Notes under the pieces: generated by a model
The model's database searches: none
Seen by the model: only the letters and a program-made list of their open reading frames with translations
What the model was told of the DNA's origin: nothing
Shown: in pieces, positions 63,958 through 64,000 of the stretch
How the letters are laid out: each line of letters begins with the position of its first letter
Numbering within the stretch: position 1 is the stretch's first letter
Origin: a virus
Length of the DNA: 64,000 nucleotides
Virus record (IMG/VR): IMGVR_UViG_3300025276_004419
Span: 32,001-96,000 of that record
Reading direction: 5' to 3' (one strand)
Made by a program: the position numbers and the translations under genes

Positions 63958-64000
63958 ATGAAAGAAGGTTATATTCCTAAAGAGCAGAGAAAAAATATTC
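63958..64000 (+). CDS. Start of the next gene (truncated by window edge)
   Basis: ATG AAA GAA GGT TAT ATT CCT... MKEGYIPKEQRKNI, open to the end of the window. Confidence 0.5.
   Translation, partial: MKEGYIPKEQRKNI

Noticed and set aside
1-64000. tRNA/rRNA genes and stop-codon reassignment
   Set aside because: No intergenic gap shows a cloverleaf. Genes are full-length under code 11 and end in TAA, TAG and TGA.

Overview
This window is a 64-kb, AT-rich internal segment of a large myovirus-type (contractile-tail) dsDNA phage genome, with every credible gene on the + strand. The host is most likely Bacteroidota/Flavobacteria. This is inferred from TTTG/TAnnTTT-type promoters, A-rich starts without Shine-Dalgarno sites, a DUF4494-like gene and a Zn-free QueC. 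Gene order is: (1) the 3' part of a collagen-like fibre with a LamG-like tip, followed by a protein-modification cassette (GT4-GT25-lysyl hydroxylase fusion, 2OG-Fe(II) oxygenase, GT4-TibC/Aah-like heptosyltransferase fusion); (2) tail morphogenesis (sheath, tube, chaperone with a probable frameshift, tape measure, tube initiator, LysM wedge, hub with M15 peptidase); (3) replication (PolA-like, SSB, RecA/UvsX, 5'-3' exonuclease, DnaB, class I RNR); (4) an envelope/lysis block with predicted beta-barrels, M15A endolysin and holin; (5) ThyX and a full 7-deazaguanine (preQ0) pathway (queC, queD, queE, folE) with a TGT/DpdA-like protein and HPRT; (6) a split family-B DNA polymerase, clamp, Hsp20, GroES/GroEL and clamp loaders; (7) a nucleotide-sugar/amino-sugar cluster and a PD-(D/E)XK nuclease. 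No tRNA, rRNA, CRISPR array, integrase, capsid, portal or terminase gene was seen. The most striking candidate system is an apparently animal/mimivirus-like collagen lysyl-hydroxylation and glycosylation pathway encoded directly beside its putative substrate. All family calls come from motif recognition by eye; no database search was run.
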